From the IMG/VR virus record IMGVR_UViG_3300015607_005478: 64,000 nt of DNA; one strand, 5' to 3'. The notes beneath the pieces were generated by a model. The model had not been told where the DNA came from, made no database searches, and worked only from the letters and a program-made list of their open reading frames with translations. Below are positions 19,120-29,448 of the stretch, piece by piece; the first letter of the stretch is position 1; the number at the start of each line of letters is the position of its first letter. Made by a program: the position numbers and the translations under genes. The stretch comes from an uncultured virus (IMG/VR IMGVR_UViG_3300015607_005478) (taxonomy: Duplodnaviria; Heunggongvirae; Uroviricota; Caudoviricetes).

Positions 19120-20372
19120 GGCTTACCTGCGAGTTGAGAGAGGCCGCTCGTGCCGAATTTGAAGATGATGGGTTCGGCGACCGCGGCGATATCCGCACCG
19201 GCGCTCATGGAGTAACCACCGCGCATGAGCGCCGCTGCCGGCGCCAGCGCGACGTCGGCAAGCCCCATCTCCAGGGCTGGCGTCTGGAGCAGCTTCCATG
19301 CGAGGACCGCGTAGCGTCGTTGCTCCGCCTTGTCCTTCTTCGAGAGCGCAAAGCTGACAGCGGAAGAGTACGCGGCGAATGCGATATCGAGTCGGCGCCT
19401 ATCCGGCTCCCAGCCATTCTTCAGCATCACTTCTGGGTCGGGAAGGTTTGCGTCTGCAACCCATGCCATCCACGGCCCAGCCATACCTGCGCCCACGGAG
19501 GCCGCCAGAAGATCTACGCCAAGCTCCTTCTCGCCCAGGATCTCGGCCGTAGCGACACAGCGAAGAGCGACCTCCCATGAGCGCGGAGAGGCCCATGCAC
19601 GACCACGATCAATGTGTCCCGCCTTCGGCAAGGAATAGAGCGTGCTCGTCCCGTCCGTATTCGTCTGGCGGTGCTTCATGAAGCCCGCGCCGAGCGCGCG
19701 AACTTTCGCCCAGGTAACGTCCCACTTCTCCCGAACCAACTGCTCGCTGGCGAGGGCCGGCTGCAGTGTGCTCTGGTCGCCGGAAAGAAGCCAGGTGCTC
19801 CAGTCATTGATGCTCGGAGCGTTGACGTGCAGATGCAGAAAGCGGTTTGCCATGGGGGGCGTGAGATTCCATCCGCCCGCGGCAACGTCGACCGGGTTCG
19901 CGGCGGCGATGACGCGAATACCTCCCGGAAGACGCATACCAGCCCAGAAGCGCTCGTGAACGACGCTCAGACCAGCGCCTTGCATTGCCGGTCGGGCGTT
20001 ACTCAATTCATCGAGGAAGAGGATGCCTCGCTGTTGGCTCACGAGGTAGTTCACTTGCGGAAGCGGGCACACGGTAATGGCGCCGCCCTTACCGTCGGAC
20101 ATGAAGACGCCGGAGATATCTTCTGGTTGATGCGTTGAGAGGTACACCGTCGCCGTCCCGAGCCCCAAGCGAAGACCGACGTTGTCGACGCGACCAGACT
20201 TACCGATGCCCGGCGGCCCCCAGATGAGGGTGGGCGCTCCCATGCGGCAGTTTGGATCCGACGGGTCATCCATCGGAACCTGCACCACGATGGAGAGAAG
20301 CTTCTCGAGCTCGGCGGTGACGTACTTCGTCGGATCGAGGGCCTCGGCTTTTTCCTTATCAACCTTGCTCAT
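19116..20372 (-). CDS. MoxR-family AAA+ ATPase
   Basis: GPPGIGKS, LFLDE, AAAN, ANRF, SPRSW. Confidence 0.85.
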   Translation of the reverse strand: MSKVDKEKAEALDPTKYVTAELEKLLSIVVQVPMDDPSDPNCRMGAPTLIWGPPGIGKSGRVDNVGLRLGLGTATVYLSTHQPEDISGVFMSDGKGGAITVCPLPQVNYLVSQQRGILFLDELSNARPAMQGAGLSVVHERFWAGMRLPGGIRVIAAANPVDVAAGGWNLTPPMANRFLHLHVNAPSINDWSTWLLSGDQSTLQPALASEQLVREKWDVTWAKVRALGAGFMKHRQTNTDGTSTLYSLPKAGHIDRGRAWASPRSWEVALRCVATAEILGEKELGVDLLAASVGAGMAGPWMAWVADANLPDPEVMLKNGWEPDRRRLDIAFAAYSSAVSFALSKKDKAEQRRYAVLAWKLLQTPALEMGLADVALAPAAALMRGGYSMSAGADIAAVAEPIIFKFGTSGLSQLAGKP

Positions 20373-20997
20373 GTTCGTGAGTCTCCTGTGTTGTCTCTTG
20401 GTGGCAGGCGCAGCTGCAACCCGGATTCTGATATCGCCAACAGCGGAAATGCGTGCAGTCTGCACACTCCCCGAATTGCGATAGCTCGTTCCACATCTCG
20501 ATGTAGTTCTCGTTGAACGTCCGCAGGCAGTAGAGGCAGATGACCTCTGGCTTGTTTACCGGAACGAAGTGCGCTCCTGGCGTGTTGTTGGGTTCGCGCG
20601 GGGAGGTGCGGAGCTCGCCAAGCGTGAATGTGCCCGCATACTCCCATTCGCGAATGCCGCTTCCGCAACAAGCGCACTCAATGACGCTGTAACCGTCGGC
20701 CACTGGTGGGGAGTCGTTTGCCTCATCCTTCAGGTTGTCCCAGTGCTCCTCCCAGCACGTGAAGCAGTAGAGATACGGCTCGAATAGAAAGTCACCCGCA
20801 ACATCGTGCTCGTCGATGACGGGGAAGAAGAGGACAGCACCTCCTGCCTTTGCCGGCGTTACCACTTGAACGAGGAACGCCTCCTCGGTGAGCGCGATGC
20901 CGCTCTCGCAATCCGCACAGACATTACCTGTGGGGTTCTCTTCGTCCTCGATCAGCTCCGGTCCCATCTCACTTTTCTCCTCTCTGAACGCATCCAC
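20359..20997 (-). CDS. Acidic multi-CxxC protein
   Basis: Five CxxC pairs plus CSCAC. Confidence 0.65.
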   Translation of the reverse strand: MDAFREEKSEMGPELIEDEENPTGNVCADCESGIALTEEAFLVQVVTPAKAGGAVLFFPVIDEHDVAGDFLFEPYLYCFTCWEEHWDNLKDEANDSPPVADGYSVIECACCGSGIREWEYAGTFTLGELRTSPREPNNTPGAHFVPVNKPEVICLYCLRTFNENYIEMWNELSQFGECADCTHFRCWRYQNPGCSCACHQETTQETHEHEQG

Positions 20998-21536
20998 CTC
21001 CTCTCGAGTGTCTCGAACCGGGAGTCGGGGAACATCCCCGAAACGGGGTCATAGTCTTGGGTCACGATGTAGAGCTCCTCGCAGTCGCTTCCGGGACTCA
21101 AGTGCACGCGGCGCTCAGTCTCCATCCCAGGCACAAGCAATCCGCCAGGAAGGCCGGAACGAAGAAACAGCTCGCGCTCGTACAAGTCGTCGAGCAAGTC
21201 GTCTTCATCGCAGCAGAGACCGAACCAGTTACGGTCGCCAGGGCCGACGTACTCATCCTCGCGCCAGCGGATGGACGTGCCTGGGCGAGCAAGGCCGAGA
21301 AGCACCTCGAAGTCACGCTGGTTGCAGAAGGTAATGAAGCCCTTCTGATCTAGGAGCTTTGCGCGGATGCCGCCCAGAGCACGACCCGCAATTGGAAGGT
21401 ACAACCCCTGCACCTCCCAGATACGCTCTTGTTCGCGCAGGTCACGGATGCGTGTGCCGACGACCCCAAGTGTTTCTTCCAGCATGCGCGTGCCGGGCAC
21501 GGTTATCAGCCGGTGTTGATACGCGTTGATCAGCAT
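20952..21536 (-). CDS. Hypothetical protein
   Basis: GAGG SD; operon context. Confidence 0.6.
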   Translation of the reverse strand: MLINAYQHRLITVPGTRMLEETLGVVGTRIRDLREQERIWEVQGLYLPIAGRALGGIRAKLLDQKGFITFCNQRDFEVLLGLARPGTSIRWREDEYVGPGDRNWFGLCCDEDDLLDDLYERELFLRSGLPGGLLVPGMETERRVHLSPGSDCEELYIVTQDYDPVSGMFPDSRFETLERRWMRSERRKVRWDRS

Positions 21537-21667
21537 TCATCCTCGCGTTCCTTATCCCCATCCTCCGGGTCTTCTTTTTCTTCCTCTTCCGGCTCATCTC
21601 GAAACAGTCTGTCGACCTGCTCTTTGAAGTCGGTGCCCGTGTTGCGCTTCGCTTTCGGTCCGGTCAC
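21530..21667 (-). CDS. Small acidic protein (45 aa, not in the ORF track)
   Basis: AAGGAG SD, GTG start; translates MTGPKAKRNTGTDFKEQVDRLFRDEPEEEEKEDPEDGDKEREDEC. Confidence 0.5.
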   Translation of the reverse strand: MTGPKAKRNTGTDFKEQVDRLFRDEPEEEEKEDPEDGDKEREDEC

Positions 21668-21771
21668 GTCATGCGTCTCCTTCCATAGTTCTTATCTCTG
21701 CGTAGAAGGCTGCCTTGCCGCGCTACGGCCGCGCGAGGTACTCTGCAGCACAACCATCTGGAACCCAGACG

Positions 21772-24700
21772 ATGGCCTACCTCGACCCGAAAGAAGCTTT
21801 CGAGCACCTCCAAACCCGCGTCCTCGAAGGCATTCGGGCTCAATTCCCCATCCAGGGGAAGCAGCAGTCACTTCATCTCGAAGGCCTCGAGGTGAAAGAC
21901 GAGCTGCACCCGGACGACATCAAGGGGCAGCAAGAAGCGAAGGTGTCCGGTAAAACGTGGTCGGTGCCCGTCTACGCCAACCTCGTCCTGAAAGACAATG
22001 CAGGGAAGGTCATCGACCGGCGCCGCTGGCGCGTCGCGGAGATTCCCAAGACGACGAGCCGATACAGCTACATCGTCGGCGGTCAGGAGTATCAAGTCGA
22101 CAACCAGTGGCAACTCAAGCCCGGCGTCTATGTTCGTCGCGACGCGAGTGGTGAGCTCGAAAGCCACTTCAACGTGACGGGCAAAGGCGCCCGAGCCTTT
22201 GACGTTGTGCTCGACCCGGCAACCAAGATTTTCTCAATGCAATACGGCAAGAGCCGGGCACATATCCCGCTCTACCCGTTGCTCAAGACGCTCGGTGTTC
22301 CGGATCAAGATCTCGAACGCTCGTGGGGAAAGGAAATCCTCCAGGCGAATCAGACCGTGCGCAAGGTCGACTCTGCGCTCGAGGCTTTCTACAAAGTGAA
22401 CAAGAAGACGGCTCCGCCCGATCGCGAGACGGCAGCGCAGCACTTCTACGATACGATGGCCGCGTCGACTCTGCGCCCCGAAGCGACGCAGGTGACCATC
22501 GGCAAGCCGTTCTCGTCGGTCAGCGGCGAAACGCTGAAGCTCGCCACCGAGAAGATGTTGAAGGTTCAGGCCGGTCATCCTGAGGACGATCGTGACTCTC
22601 TCGTCTTCAAGGACCTTCGTACGACGGGTGACTTCGCGTTCGACAAGCTGCGCAACGCAGGGCGCACGATCAAGCAGAAGGCAGAACGCAAGATCAACCA
22701 GGCGAAGGATATTCGCGACATCGTGAAGTTCGATCACTTCAACGAGCCGTTGAAGGAGACGTTCACGAAGAACCCGGCTTCGCGCACGGCAACGCAGATC
22801 AATCCACTCGAGATGGTGTCGTCCGCTCTCCAGACGACGATCATGGGCGTCGGCGGCATCAAAAGCGAGCGCTCGGTTACGGATGAAGCGAAGTTCGTGA
22901 ATCCGAGTCATCTTGGATTCCTCGACCCGATCCACACCCCTGAAGGTGAGAAGACGGGTATCACTCTGCGCTTGCCCATCGGCATCAAGAAGGTCGGCAA
23001 TGAAGCGCGCATCCCGCTCTTCAACTTGAAGACTGGGCGCATCGAAGACGTGTCCGCACCCGAGTTCATGCGCGCGAACGTTGTTCTTCCCGACCAGGTT
23101 CGTTGGGAGAACGGGAAGCCGCACCCGCTCGGCGCGACCGTGCGCATGAGCGGAAGCGACAACCAGATTCGAGACGGTCACTTCAAGGACGCGCAGTATG
23201 TGATGCGTCATGCGTCGCAGCTCTTCAACATGACGTCGAACCTGATCCCGTTCCTCGGGAACACGTCCGGCAACCGCGCTTCGATGGCCAGCCGTCAGAT
23301 GGAACAGGCCATCTCTCTGGTTCATCGCGAGGCGCCTCTCGTGCAGGTCGGTACAGGTAGCACTCTGAAGGGCGCCGACACGTTCGAGAATCTGATGGGG
23401 CGCCAGACGGCACACGTCGCGCCGGTGGACGGCAAGGTCGTGGCGCTCACGCCGGATCACATCACGATTCAAGACCACGCCGGCGAGAAGCATCAGGTCA
23501 GCCTTTACAACAACTATCCGCTCAACGATGCGAAGGGCGTCATGCACTCGACGCCCCATGTCGAGGTCGGCTCTTCGGTGAAGAAGGGCGAAGTCATCGC
23601 CGACACGAACTTTTCGAAGAAGGGAACGCTCGCCCTCGGTACGAATCTCCGCGTCGCGTACGTTCCGTTCAAGGGCTACAACTTCGAAGACGGCATCGTC
23701 ATCTCGCAAAGCGCCGCAGACAAGCTCGCGAGCGAACACCTCCATAAGCCGAATCTGGATGTGGACAAGGACATGGTGCTCGATAAGCACAAGTTCCACA
23801 TGCAGCAGCCTGGCGCGTTCTCTGTCGCGCAGCTCGGGAAGCTCGATGATCGAGGCGTCATCCGTGTCGGTCAGAAGGTGAAGCCGGGAGACCCGCTCAT
23901 CGCAGCGATGAAGCCGTACAACATCAAGGACCGCACCGGCCTCGACGCGATTCGTCGGGGCATGAGCGGCGCTCACACGGACAAGAGCCTTCGCTGGGAC
24001 AGCGAGTTCGACGGCGAGGTTGTAGGCGTTCACGAAGGCAAGAACGGCCTTTCTGTTCACGTACGCACCGTCGAGCCGATGCAGATCGGCGACAAGATGG
24101 CCGGTCGATACGGCAACAAAGGCATCGTGACGATGATCCTGCCGGATCAGGAGATGCCGCACACAAAGGACGGCAAGCACATCGAGGTCGCCCTGAATCC
24201 GTCCGGTGTGCCCGGACGCATGAACGTCGGCCAAGTGCTCGAGACGGCCGCGTCGAAAATCGCGCTCAAGACGGGCAAGCCCTACATCGTGAAGAACTTC
24301 GAGCCGAACACGGACTTCTTGAAGAAGGTCCAAGCGGACATGAAGGCGCACGGGTTGAGCGACACCGAAGAGCTCCACGACCCGGTCACAAAGCAACCGC
24401 TCGGTCCGGCACTCGTCGGCCAACAACACCTCCTCAAGCTCGTTCATCAAGTTGAGAAGAAGCTCTCCGTACGTAGCGGCACGAGTACCGTCGGCGGCGC
24501 AGTGGAGCGCTACGACCAGAACCTGCAACCCACCAAGGGCGGGGGCACCGGCGGTCAAACCATCGGCACGCTCGGTCTGTACGCTCTGCTCGCGCACGGC
24601 GCGAAGGCAAACATCCGCGAGATGCAGACGTACAAGTCCGAAGGCCCGGATCCGCAGACGAACCCTGCGAAGCAGTGGCCCTCGGATCACAACCGCCTCT

Positions 24701-27700
24701 GGGCAGCGATCCAGACGGGTGGTGCATTCCCTACGCCGAAGCCGACCTTCGCCTTCCAGAAGTTCACGGACATGCTCCGCGGTGCGGGCATCAACGTCGA
24801 GAAGGACGGACACAACCACGCATTCATCCTTACGCCGTTGACGGATGATCACATCAAGTCCTTGGCGAAGAAGGAGCTGCCGAAGCCCGCCGAAGTGCTT
24901 CAGGCGAAGCTCGATAAGAACGGCGATCCCAAACCGAAGCCGGGCGGGCTCTTCGACGAGCACCTCACGGGTGGGCACGGCGGTCGGCAGTGGACGCGTA
25001 TTGGCCTCGCAGAGCCACTTCCGAATCCTGTCTTCGAGGGACCCATCCGATCGCTTACGGGCCTGAAGCAAAAGGACTTCGATGGAATCATCGGAGGATC
25101 GATCGGTGTTACTGCCAATGGCCGTCTCACACAGCCGTCGGCTGGTGTAACGGGCGGTGCCGGCATCAAGATCTTGCTCGACGGCATCAACGTAAAGCGG
25201 GACCTGCCCATCGCGGAGAACGAGCTCCGTGACGCGAAGGGACAGCAGCACGTCGATAATGCACTGAAGAAGGTGAAGTACCTTCGCGCGCTCGACCAGC
25301 TGCAGATGACGCCGTCGCAAGCGTACATCCTGCACAATCTTCCGGTCGTTCCTCCGGTGATGCGCCCGGTCAGCAAGATGCCGAGCGGCTCGCTGCGCTT
25401 CGCGGATCTCAATCAGCTCTACTCCGACTTCGCGAAGGTCAACGAGAAGCTGAAGGACCCCGTTCTCTCGAAGAACCTGACCGACGAGGGTAAGAAGAAG
25501 CTCCGCGAGGATTTCTACGATGGCGCGAAGGCCATCACCGGAATCGGCAAGAGCTACGAGCTCGCCGATCACAAGGGTTTGCTTCACGAGATCATGGGTA
25601 GCTCGCCGAAGCGCGGCTACTTCCAAGACGTGCTCGTGAATCGTCGGCAAGATCTCACGATGCGCTCGACCATCGTGCCCGAGCCCAAGCTCGGACTCGA
25701 TGAAGTCGGCCTCCCGAAGAACGCTGCGCTCGACCTCTTCCGGCCCTTCGTCATTCGCAAGTTGAAAGAGATGGGCGCCATCCAAAACGAGCTGCAGGGT
25801 CCTGCGGCAATCACGAAGCAGGGTCCGCAGGTCTGGCGCGCGCTCGACAAGGTGATGGCCGAGCGTCCCGTGCTCCTGAAGCGCGACCCCGCACTGCACA
25901 AGTACAGCGTTCAAGCCTTCCGAGCGCGCGCCTCTGAAGGCAACGCCATTCAGATTCATCCACTTGTCACGGGCGGCTTCAACGCCGACTTCGACGGAGA
26001 CACGATGAGTGTCTTTGTGCCCATCACGCGCGAGGCCGTTGCGGAAGCGCACAACATGTTCCCCTCGCGAAATCTCTTCAGCGAGGCCTCGGGCAAGGTC
26101 ATGTACCAACCGACGCTCGAATCCGCGCTCGGTCTCTACAAGCTCTCAGACGTTCGGCACAAGACCGACCGCGCGTTCACCAGCACGGACGCCGTCATCG
26201 AAGCAGCGAAGAAGGGCTCGGTGCACATCAATGACATCGTCCGCTTGCCCAGCGGCCAGACGACGCCTGGTCGTGTTCTTCTTTCGAACGCGCTGCCTGA
26301 GCCGATGAGGCCCAAGTTCCTCCACGATCTCGACTACCGCATCAACAAGAGCGGTCTGAGCTCGATGTTGCACCAGCTCGCGAAGGACCACTCCCCGCAA
26401 TTCGGAGAAGTGGTCAACAAGCTCAAAGACCTTGGCAATACAACCTCGTTCGGTGCGATCGAGGTGCCGAAGGCGACGGCCGCTGGACATCCGTTCGACT
26501 TCAAATCGTTCGACAAGACCCCGGTGGCCGTACACAACAACGCTGCGACGACGTTCATTCCTATCGGGACGCACACGCTGTCACTGAAGGACTTCGAGCC
26601 GGATCTCCAGACGCGCAATCACGTTCTCGGCCATGCCGAGAAGACGGTTGCCGGCATCTACGGAAACAACAAGCTCACGCAGGCCGAGAAAGATCGGCAG
26701 GCCATCTCGGTCTACAAGCAGGCTGAGAAGGAGATGAAAGCACTTCACGAAAAGAAGCTCGATAAGAACCCGACGAATCTCTTCACGATGTACCGTGCCG
26801 GCGTGAAACCCGATTGGACGGCGTACAAGCAGATGGTCATCGCACCGATGATCTATAAGGACTCCGCCGACCGCGAGATCCCTACGCCAGTCACGAAGAG
26901 CTACGCCGAAGGTCTCGACGTTGGTAGCTACTGGACGCAGATGCACGGCGCGCGTCGTGGCTCTGTGCTCAAGGTGCAGGAGGTTCGCGAGCCTGGTTAC
27001 ATGTCGAAGCTCTTGATGAACAACATGATGCACATGCTCGTGACCTCGCCGGATTGCGGCACGACGAAGGGTATTTCCCTCGAGGCGCATGAGCCAGACG
27101 TCCATGATCGTTATCTTCAGCAGGACTTCACGCACGGCAAGATGCACATCCCTGCAGGGACGATGCTGACGCCCGACGTCGTCGGGAAGATCCGTGCCGC
27201 AAAGAAGGATGCGCTGCTCGTCGTTCGCAGCCCGATGAAATGCGAAGAGGAGAAAGGCGTCTGCCAGAAGTGCATGGGTATCGGCGCTGAGGGCAAGCAC
27301 TACGACATCGGAACGAACATCGGTGTACAGTCGGCTCACGCTGTCGGTGAGCGTGCCGTGCAGCTCACACTCAAGAGTTTCCACACCGGCGGCGCTGATA
27401 CCGGCGGTTCGAAGGTGCTGAACTCCTTCTCGCGTTTCCAGCAGCTCATGGAGCTTCCGAAGCACATTCCGGATGAAGCTTCGCTTGCAATGGTGAGCGG
27501 CAAAGTCGAGAAGATTCAACCGACGGCCACGGGCGTCGACATCTTCATCAACGGACGCAAACATCACGTTGGACGCGATCGTTCTGGTGCGGCGCTGCAC
27601 ATCCCGGCTCCGGGCGTTCCGCTCGAGGAGCCGTGGAAGATCCCTTCGCTTGGAACAACGGTCCGCGCCGGCGATCCACTCTCCGACCCAAACCGCACTT

Positions 27701-28212
27701 ACGTGAACCCGCACCACCTCTACGCAGCGACGGGCTCGATGGAGGAAGTGCAGAATCACCTCGCTCGTGAAGTCAACGAGCTCTACAAAGGTGAGAACGT
27801 GAAGCGCCGAGCCGTCGAGACCGTCGTTCGTGCGATGGGCAACCTCACGGAAATCATCCATCCAGGAGATCACGAAACGGTTCTTCGCGGTGAATACCGC
27901 CCGCTGTCTTCGGTTCAGCGTATGAACCAAGAGCTGACGAAGCAGGGGCTTCAACCCATCGAGCACCGGCCCGTGCTGAAAGGCGTCACCGTTCTTCCTC
28001 ATGAGATCCATGAGGACTGGATGGCCAAGCTTCAGCACGACAATCTTCGCGCGACGTTGTTGGACGCTGCCGCGACGCGAGGTATCTCTCACATTCACGG
28101 AAATCACCCCATTCCGGGTGTCGCTTTCGGTGCCGAGTTCGGTCTGACCGAGAAGGACTCGCTCAAGCCCGGCCTCGGCCATCTGAAGAACGTGCCGGGA
28201 CACAGCTACTAA
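21772..28212 (+). CDS. rpoBC: Single-polypeptide beta-beta' fusion DNA-directed RNA polymerase (phage-encoded)
   Basis: Beta motifs TPEGEKTG, GYNFEDG, GDKMAGRYGNKG, NPSGVPGRMNVGQ; beta' motifs RDPALH, NADFDGD (25981-26001), GERAVQLTLKSFHTGG; all in one frame. Confidence 0.95.
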   Translation: MAYLDPKEAFEHLQTRVLEGIRAQFPIQGKQQSLHLEGLEVKDELHPDDIKGQQEAKVSGKTWSVPVYANLVLKDNAGKVIDRRRWRVAEIPKTTSRYSYIVGGQEYQVDNQWQLKPGVYVRRDASGELESHFNVTGKGARAFDVVLDPATKIFSMQYGKSRAHIPLYPLLKTLGVPDQDLERSWGKEILQANQTVRKVDSALEAFYKVNKKTAPPDRETAAQHFYDTMAASTLRPEATQVTIGKPFSSVSGETLKLATEKMLKVQAGHPEDDRDSLVFKDLRTTGDFAFDKLRNAGRTIKQKAERKINQAKDIRDIVKFDHFNEPLKETFTKNPASRTATQINPLEMVSSALQTTIMGVGGIKSERSVTDEAKFVNPSHLGFLDPIHTPEGEKTGITLRLPIGIKKVGNEARIPLFNLKTGRIEDVSAPEFMRANVVLPDQVRWENGKPHPLGATVRMSGSDNQIRDGHFKDAQYVMRHASQLFNMTSNLIPFLGNTSGNRASMASRQMEQAISLVHREAPLVQVGTGSTLKGADTFENLMGRQTAHVAPVDGKVVALTPDHITIQDHAGEKHQVSLYNNYPLNDAKGVMHSTPHVEVGSSVKKGEVIADTNFSKKGTLALGTNLRVAYVPFKGYNFEDGIVISQSAADKLASEHLHKPNLDVDKDMVLDKHKFHMQQPGAFSVAQLGKLDDRGVIRVGQKVKPGDPLIAAMKPYNIKDRTGLDAIRRGMSGAHTDKSLRWDSEFDGEVVGVHEGKNGLSVHVRTVEPMQIGDKMAGRYGNKGIVTMILPDQEMPHTKDGKHIEVALNPSGVPGRMNVGQVLETAASKIALKTGKPYIVKNFEPNTDFLKKVQADMKAHGLSDTEELHDPVTKQPLGPALVGQQHLLKLVHQVEKKLSVRSGTSTVGGAVERYDQNLQPTKGGGTGGQTIGTLGLYALLAHGAKANIREMQTYKSEGPDPQTNPAKQWPSDHNRLWAAIQTGGAFPTPKPTFAFQKFTDMLRGAGINVEKDGHNHAFILTPLTDDHIKSLAKKELPKPAEVLQAKLDKNGDPKPKPGGLFDEHLTGGHGGRQWTRIGLAEPLPNPVFEGPIRSLTGLKQKDFDGIIGGSIGVTANGRLTQPSAGVTGGAGIKILLDGINVKRDLPIAENELRDAKGQQHVDNALKKVKYLRALDQLQMTPSQAYILHNLPVVPPVMRPVSKMPSGSLRFADLNQLYSDFAKVNEKLKDPVLSKNLTDEGKKKLREDFYDGAKAITGIGKSYELADHKGLLHEIMGSSPKRGYFQDVLVNRRQDLTMRSTIVPEPKLGLDEVGLPKNAALDLFRPFVIRKLKEMGAIQNELQGPAAITKQGPQVWRALDKVMAERPVLLKRDPALHKYSVQAFRARASEGNAIQIHPLVTGGFNADFDGDTMSVFVPITREAVAEAHNMFPSRNLFSEASGKVMYQPTLESALGLYKLSDVRHKTDRAFTSTDAVIEAAKKGSVHINDIVRLPSGQTTPGRVLLSNALPEPMRPKFLHDLDYRINKSGLSSMLHQLAKDHSPQFGEVVNKLKDLGNTTSFGAIEVPKATAAGHPFDFKSFDKTPVAVHNNAATTFIPIGTHTLSLKDFEPDLQTRNHVLGHAEKTVAGIYGNNKLTQAEKDRQAISVYKQAEKEMKALHEKKLDKNPTNLFTMYRAGVKPDWTAYKQMVIAPMIYKDSADREIPTPVTKSYAEGLDVGSYWTQMHGARRGSVLKVQEVREPGYMSKLLMNNMMHMLVTSPDCGTTKGISLEAHEPDVHDRYLQQDFTHGKMHIPAGTMLTPDVVGKIRAAKKDALLVVRSPMKCEEEKGVCQKCMGIGAEGKHYDIGTNIGVQSAHAVGERAVQLTLKSFHTGGADTGGSKVLNSFSRFQQLMELPKHIPDEASLAMVSGKVEKIQPTATGVDIFINGRKHHVGRDRSGAALHIPAPGVPLEEPWKIPSLGTTVRAGDPLSDPNRTYVNPHHLYAATGSMEEVQNHLAREVNELYKGENVKRRAVETVVRAMGNLTEIIHPGDHETVLRGEYRPLSSVQRMNQELTKQGLQPIEHRPVLKGVTVLPHEIHEDWMAKLQHDNLRATLLDAAATRGISHIHGNHPIPGVAFGAEFGLTEKDSLKPGLGHLKNVPGHSY

Positions 28213-29448
28213 ATGTCCAGCAAGTTCCGATCGTCGTTCACGCACAAGGAGGGAACAGACCCGGCCGAGGTCGTTCAGGGCCGCGTTGTGAATGTGAACG
28301 TGAAGAAGTGGACGGTCGACGTCATCGCGCAGTTCGATCGCAAGCGCTACTTCAACATTCAAGTCGGCAGTCCATACATGCATCACTCGAACGGTGAAGG
28401 CATCTACGCGGTGCCCGAAGTTGGAGCGACGTGCATGGTCTGCATCCCCTCGGATAGCTCGCCGATGTTCATCATGTCCTTCATTATGGCTCACGAGCTC
28501 GTTGACGACGCGTCTGACGATGCGCCGCAGGGAACGAACTCGCACGGCGGCGCCGTGCCGAATGCAACGGATGCATCTTTCGCCGGCGGGCGACCGAAGG
28601 CGATTCCCGGCAGCATCTATCTCCGCACACGCGATGGGAATTTTGTGGCGCTGCACCGCGGCGGCGTTCTACAGCTCGGCGCAACCGAGCTCGCGCAGCG
28701 CATCTATATCCCGCTCGGCAACCTCATCACGGACATCAGCGAGAACTACGAACACCACAACGCGTCTGGCTCCATCAAGTGGGGAATCCAAGACGGGCCC
28801 TCGAAGGACAAGCTGCCGGCGCAATGGCAGCAGACCTTTCGTGTCTTCGCTGCCGATAAGTACGCCGACGTGAAGGTTGCGTGTGGGCGAGTCTTTGCAC
28901 CCGTTCCCGAGCCCGACGGTGGAACAACCCTCGCGGAAGCAGGAGTGGGACAGGGCTCCGACAATCCGATCATCTTCGAGGTCTCGGTCAGCCCCAAAGG
29001 CTTCGTTGCCGAGAGCGGCGAGGTCGTCGATGCGAGCACTGTAAAGAACTCGGTGATGAAGTTCACCTTCGACCGCAAGGGCAACTTGCTTCATCGTGCC
29101 GAAGGCAACGTCGTCTTTCAGTTCAAGAAGAAGCTCACCATCAAGGTGACCGAAGATGTTGACCTGCAGACGGGTGGTGGGGCAAGGATCACCGCCAAGA
29201 ACGGCTTCGACATCAACGGTGGAGCCTACACGCACGTCAAAGGCGACGTTGTTCGACTACAACAAGGACAATTGCCTCTCGCGCGACTCGGGGATGTAGT
29301 AACTATTCCCTTGGTGGGAGCGCCGATCTTTCTGACCTTTGATTCTCCGCCCATTCCGCATACACCGATCGCGTGCACGATCACCACGCTGCCAGGTCCG
29401 GCGCTTTCGGGCACCATCGCTTCGGGTAATTCCAAACTCCTCGGATGA
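28213..29448 (+). CDS. Baseplate spike (gpV/gp5-like)
   Basis: N-terminal OB-like region (GIYAVPEVGA.C.V), beta-repeat region, C-terminal LARLGD. Confidence 0.65.
   Translation: MSSKFRSSFTHKEGTDPAEVVQGRVVNVNVKKWTVDVIAQFDRKRYFNIQVGSPYMHHSNGEGIYAVPEVGATCMVCIPSDSSPMFIMSFIMAHELVDDASDDAPQGTNSHGGAVPNATDASFAGGRPKAIPGSIYLRTRDGNFVALHRGGVLQLGATELAQRIYIPLGNLITDISENYEHHNASGSIKWGIQDGPSKDKLPAQWQQTFRVFAADKYADVKVACGRVFAPVPEPDGGTTLAEAGVGQGSDNPIIFEVSVSPKGFVAESGEVVDASTVKNSVMKFTFDRKGNLLHRAEGNVVFQFKKKLTIKVTEDVDLQTGGGARITAKNGFDINGGAYTHVKGDVVRLQQGQLPLARLGDVVTIPLVGAPIFLTFDSPPIPHTPIACTITTLPGPALSGTIASGNSKLLG

Noticed and set aside
22234..26109. 1291-aa minus-strand ORF (also 26581..28656 and 52038..56072)
   Set aside because: Antisense shadows of codon-biased GC-rich genes; no motifs
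21772..28212. Host rpoB-rpoC operon
   Set aside because: No ribosomal protein genes nearby; divergent sequence flanked by phage structural genes
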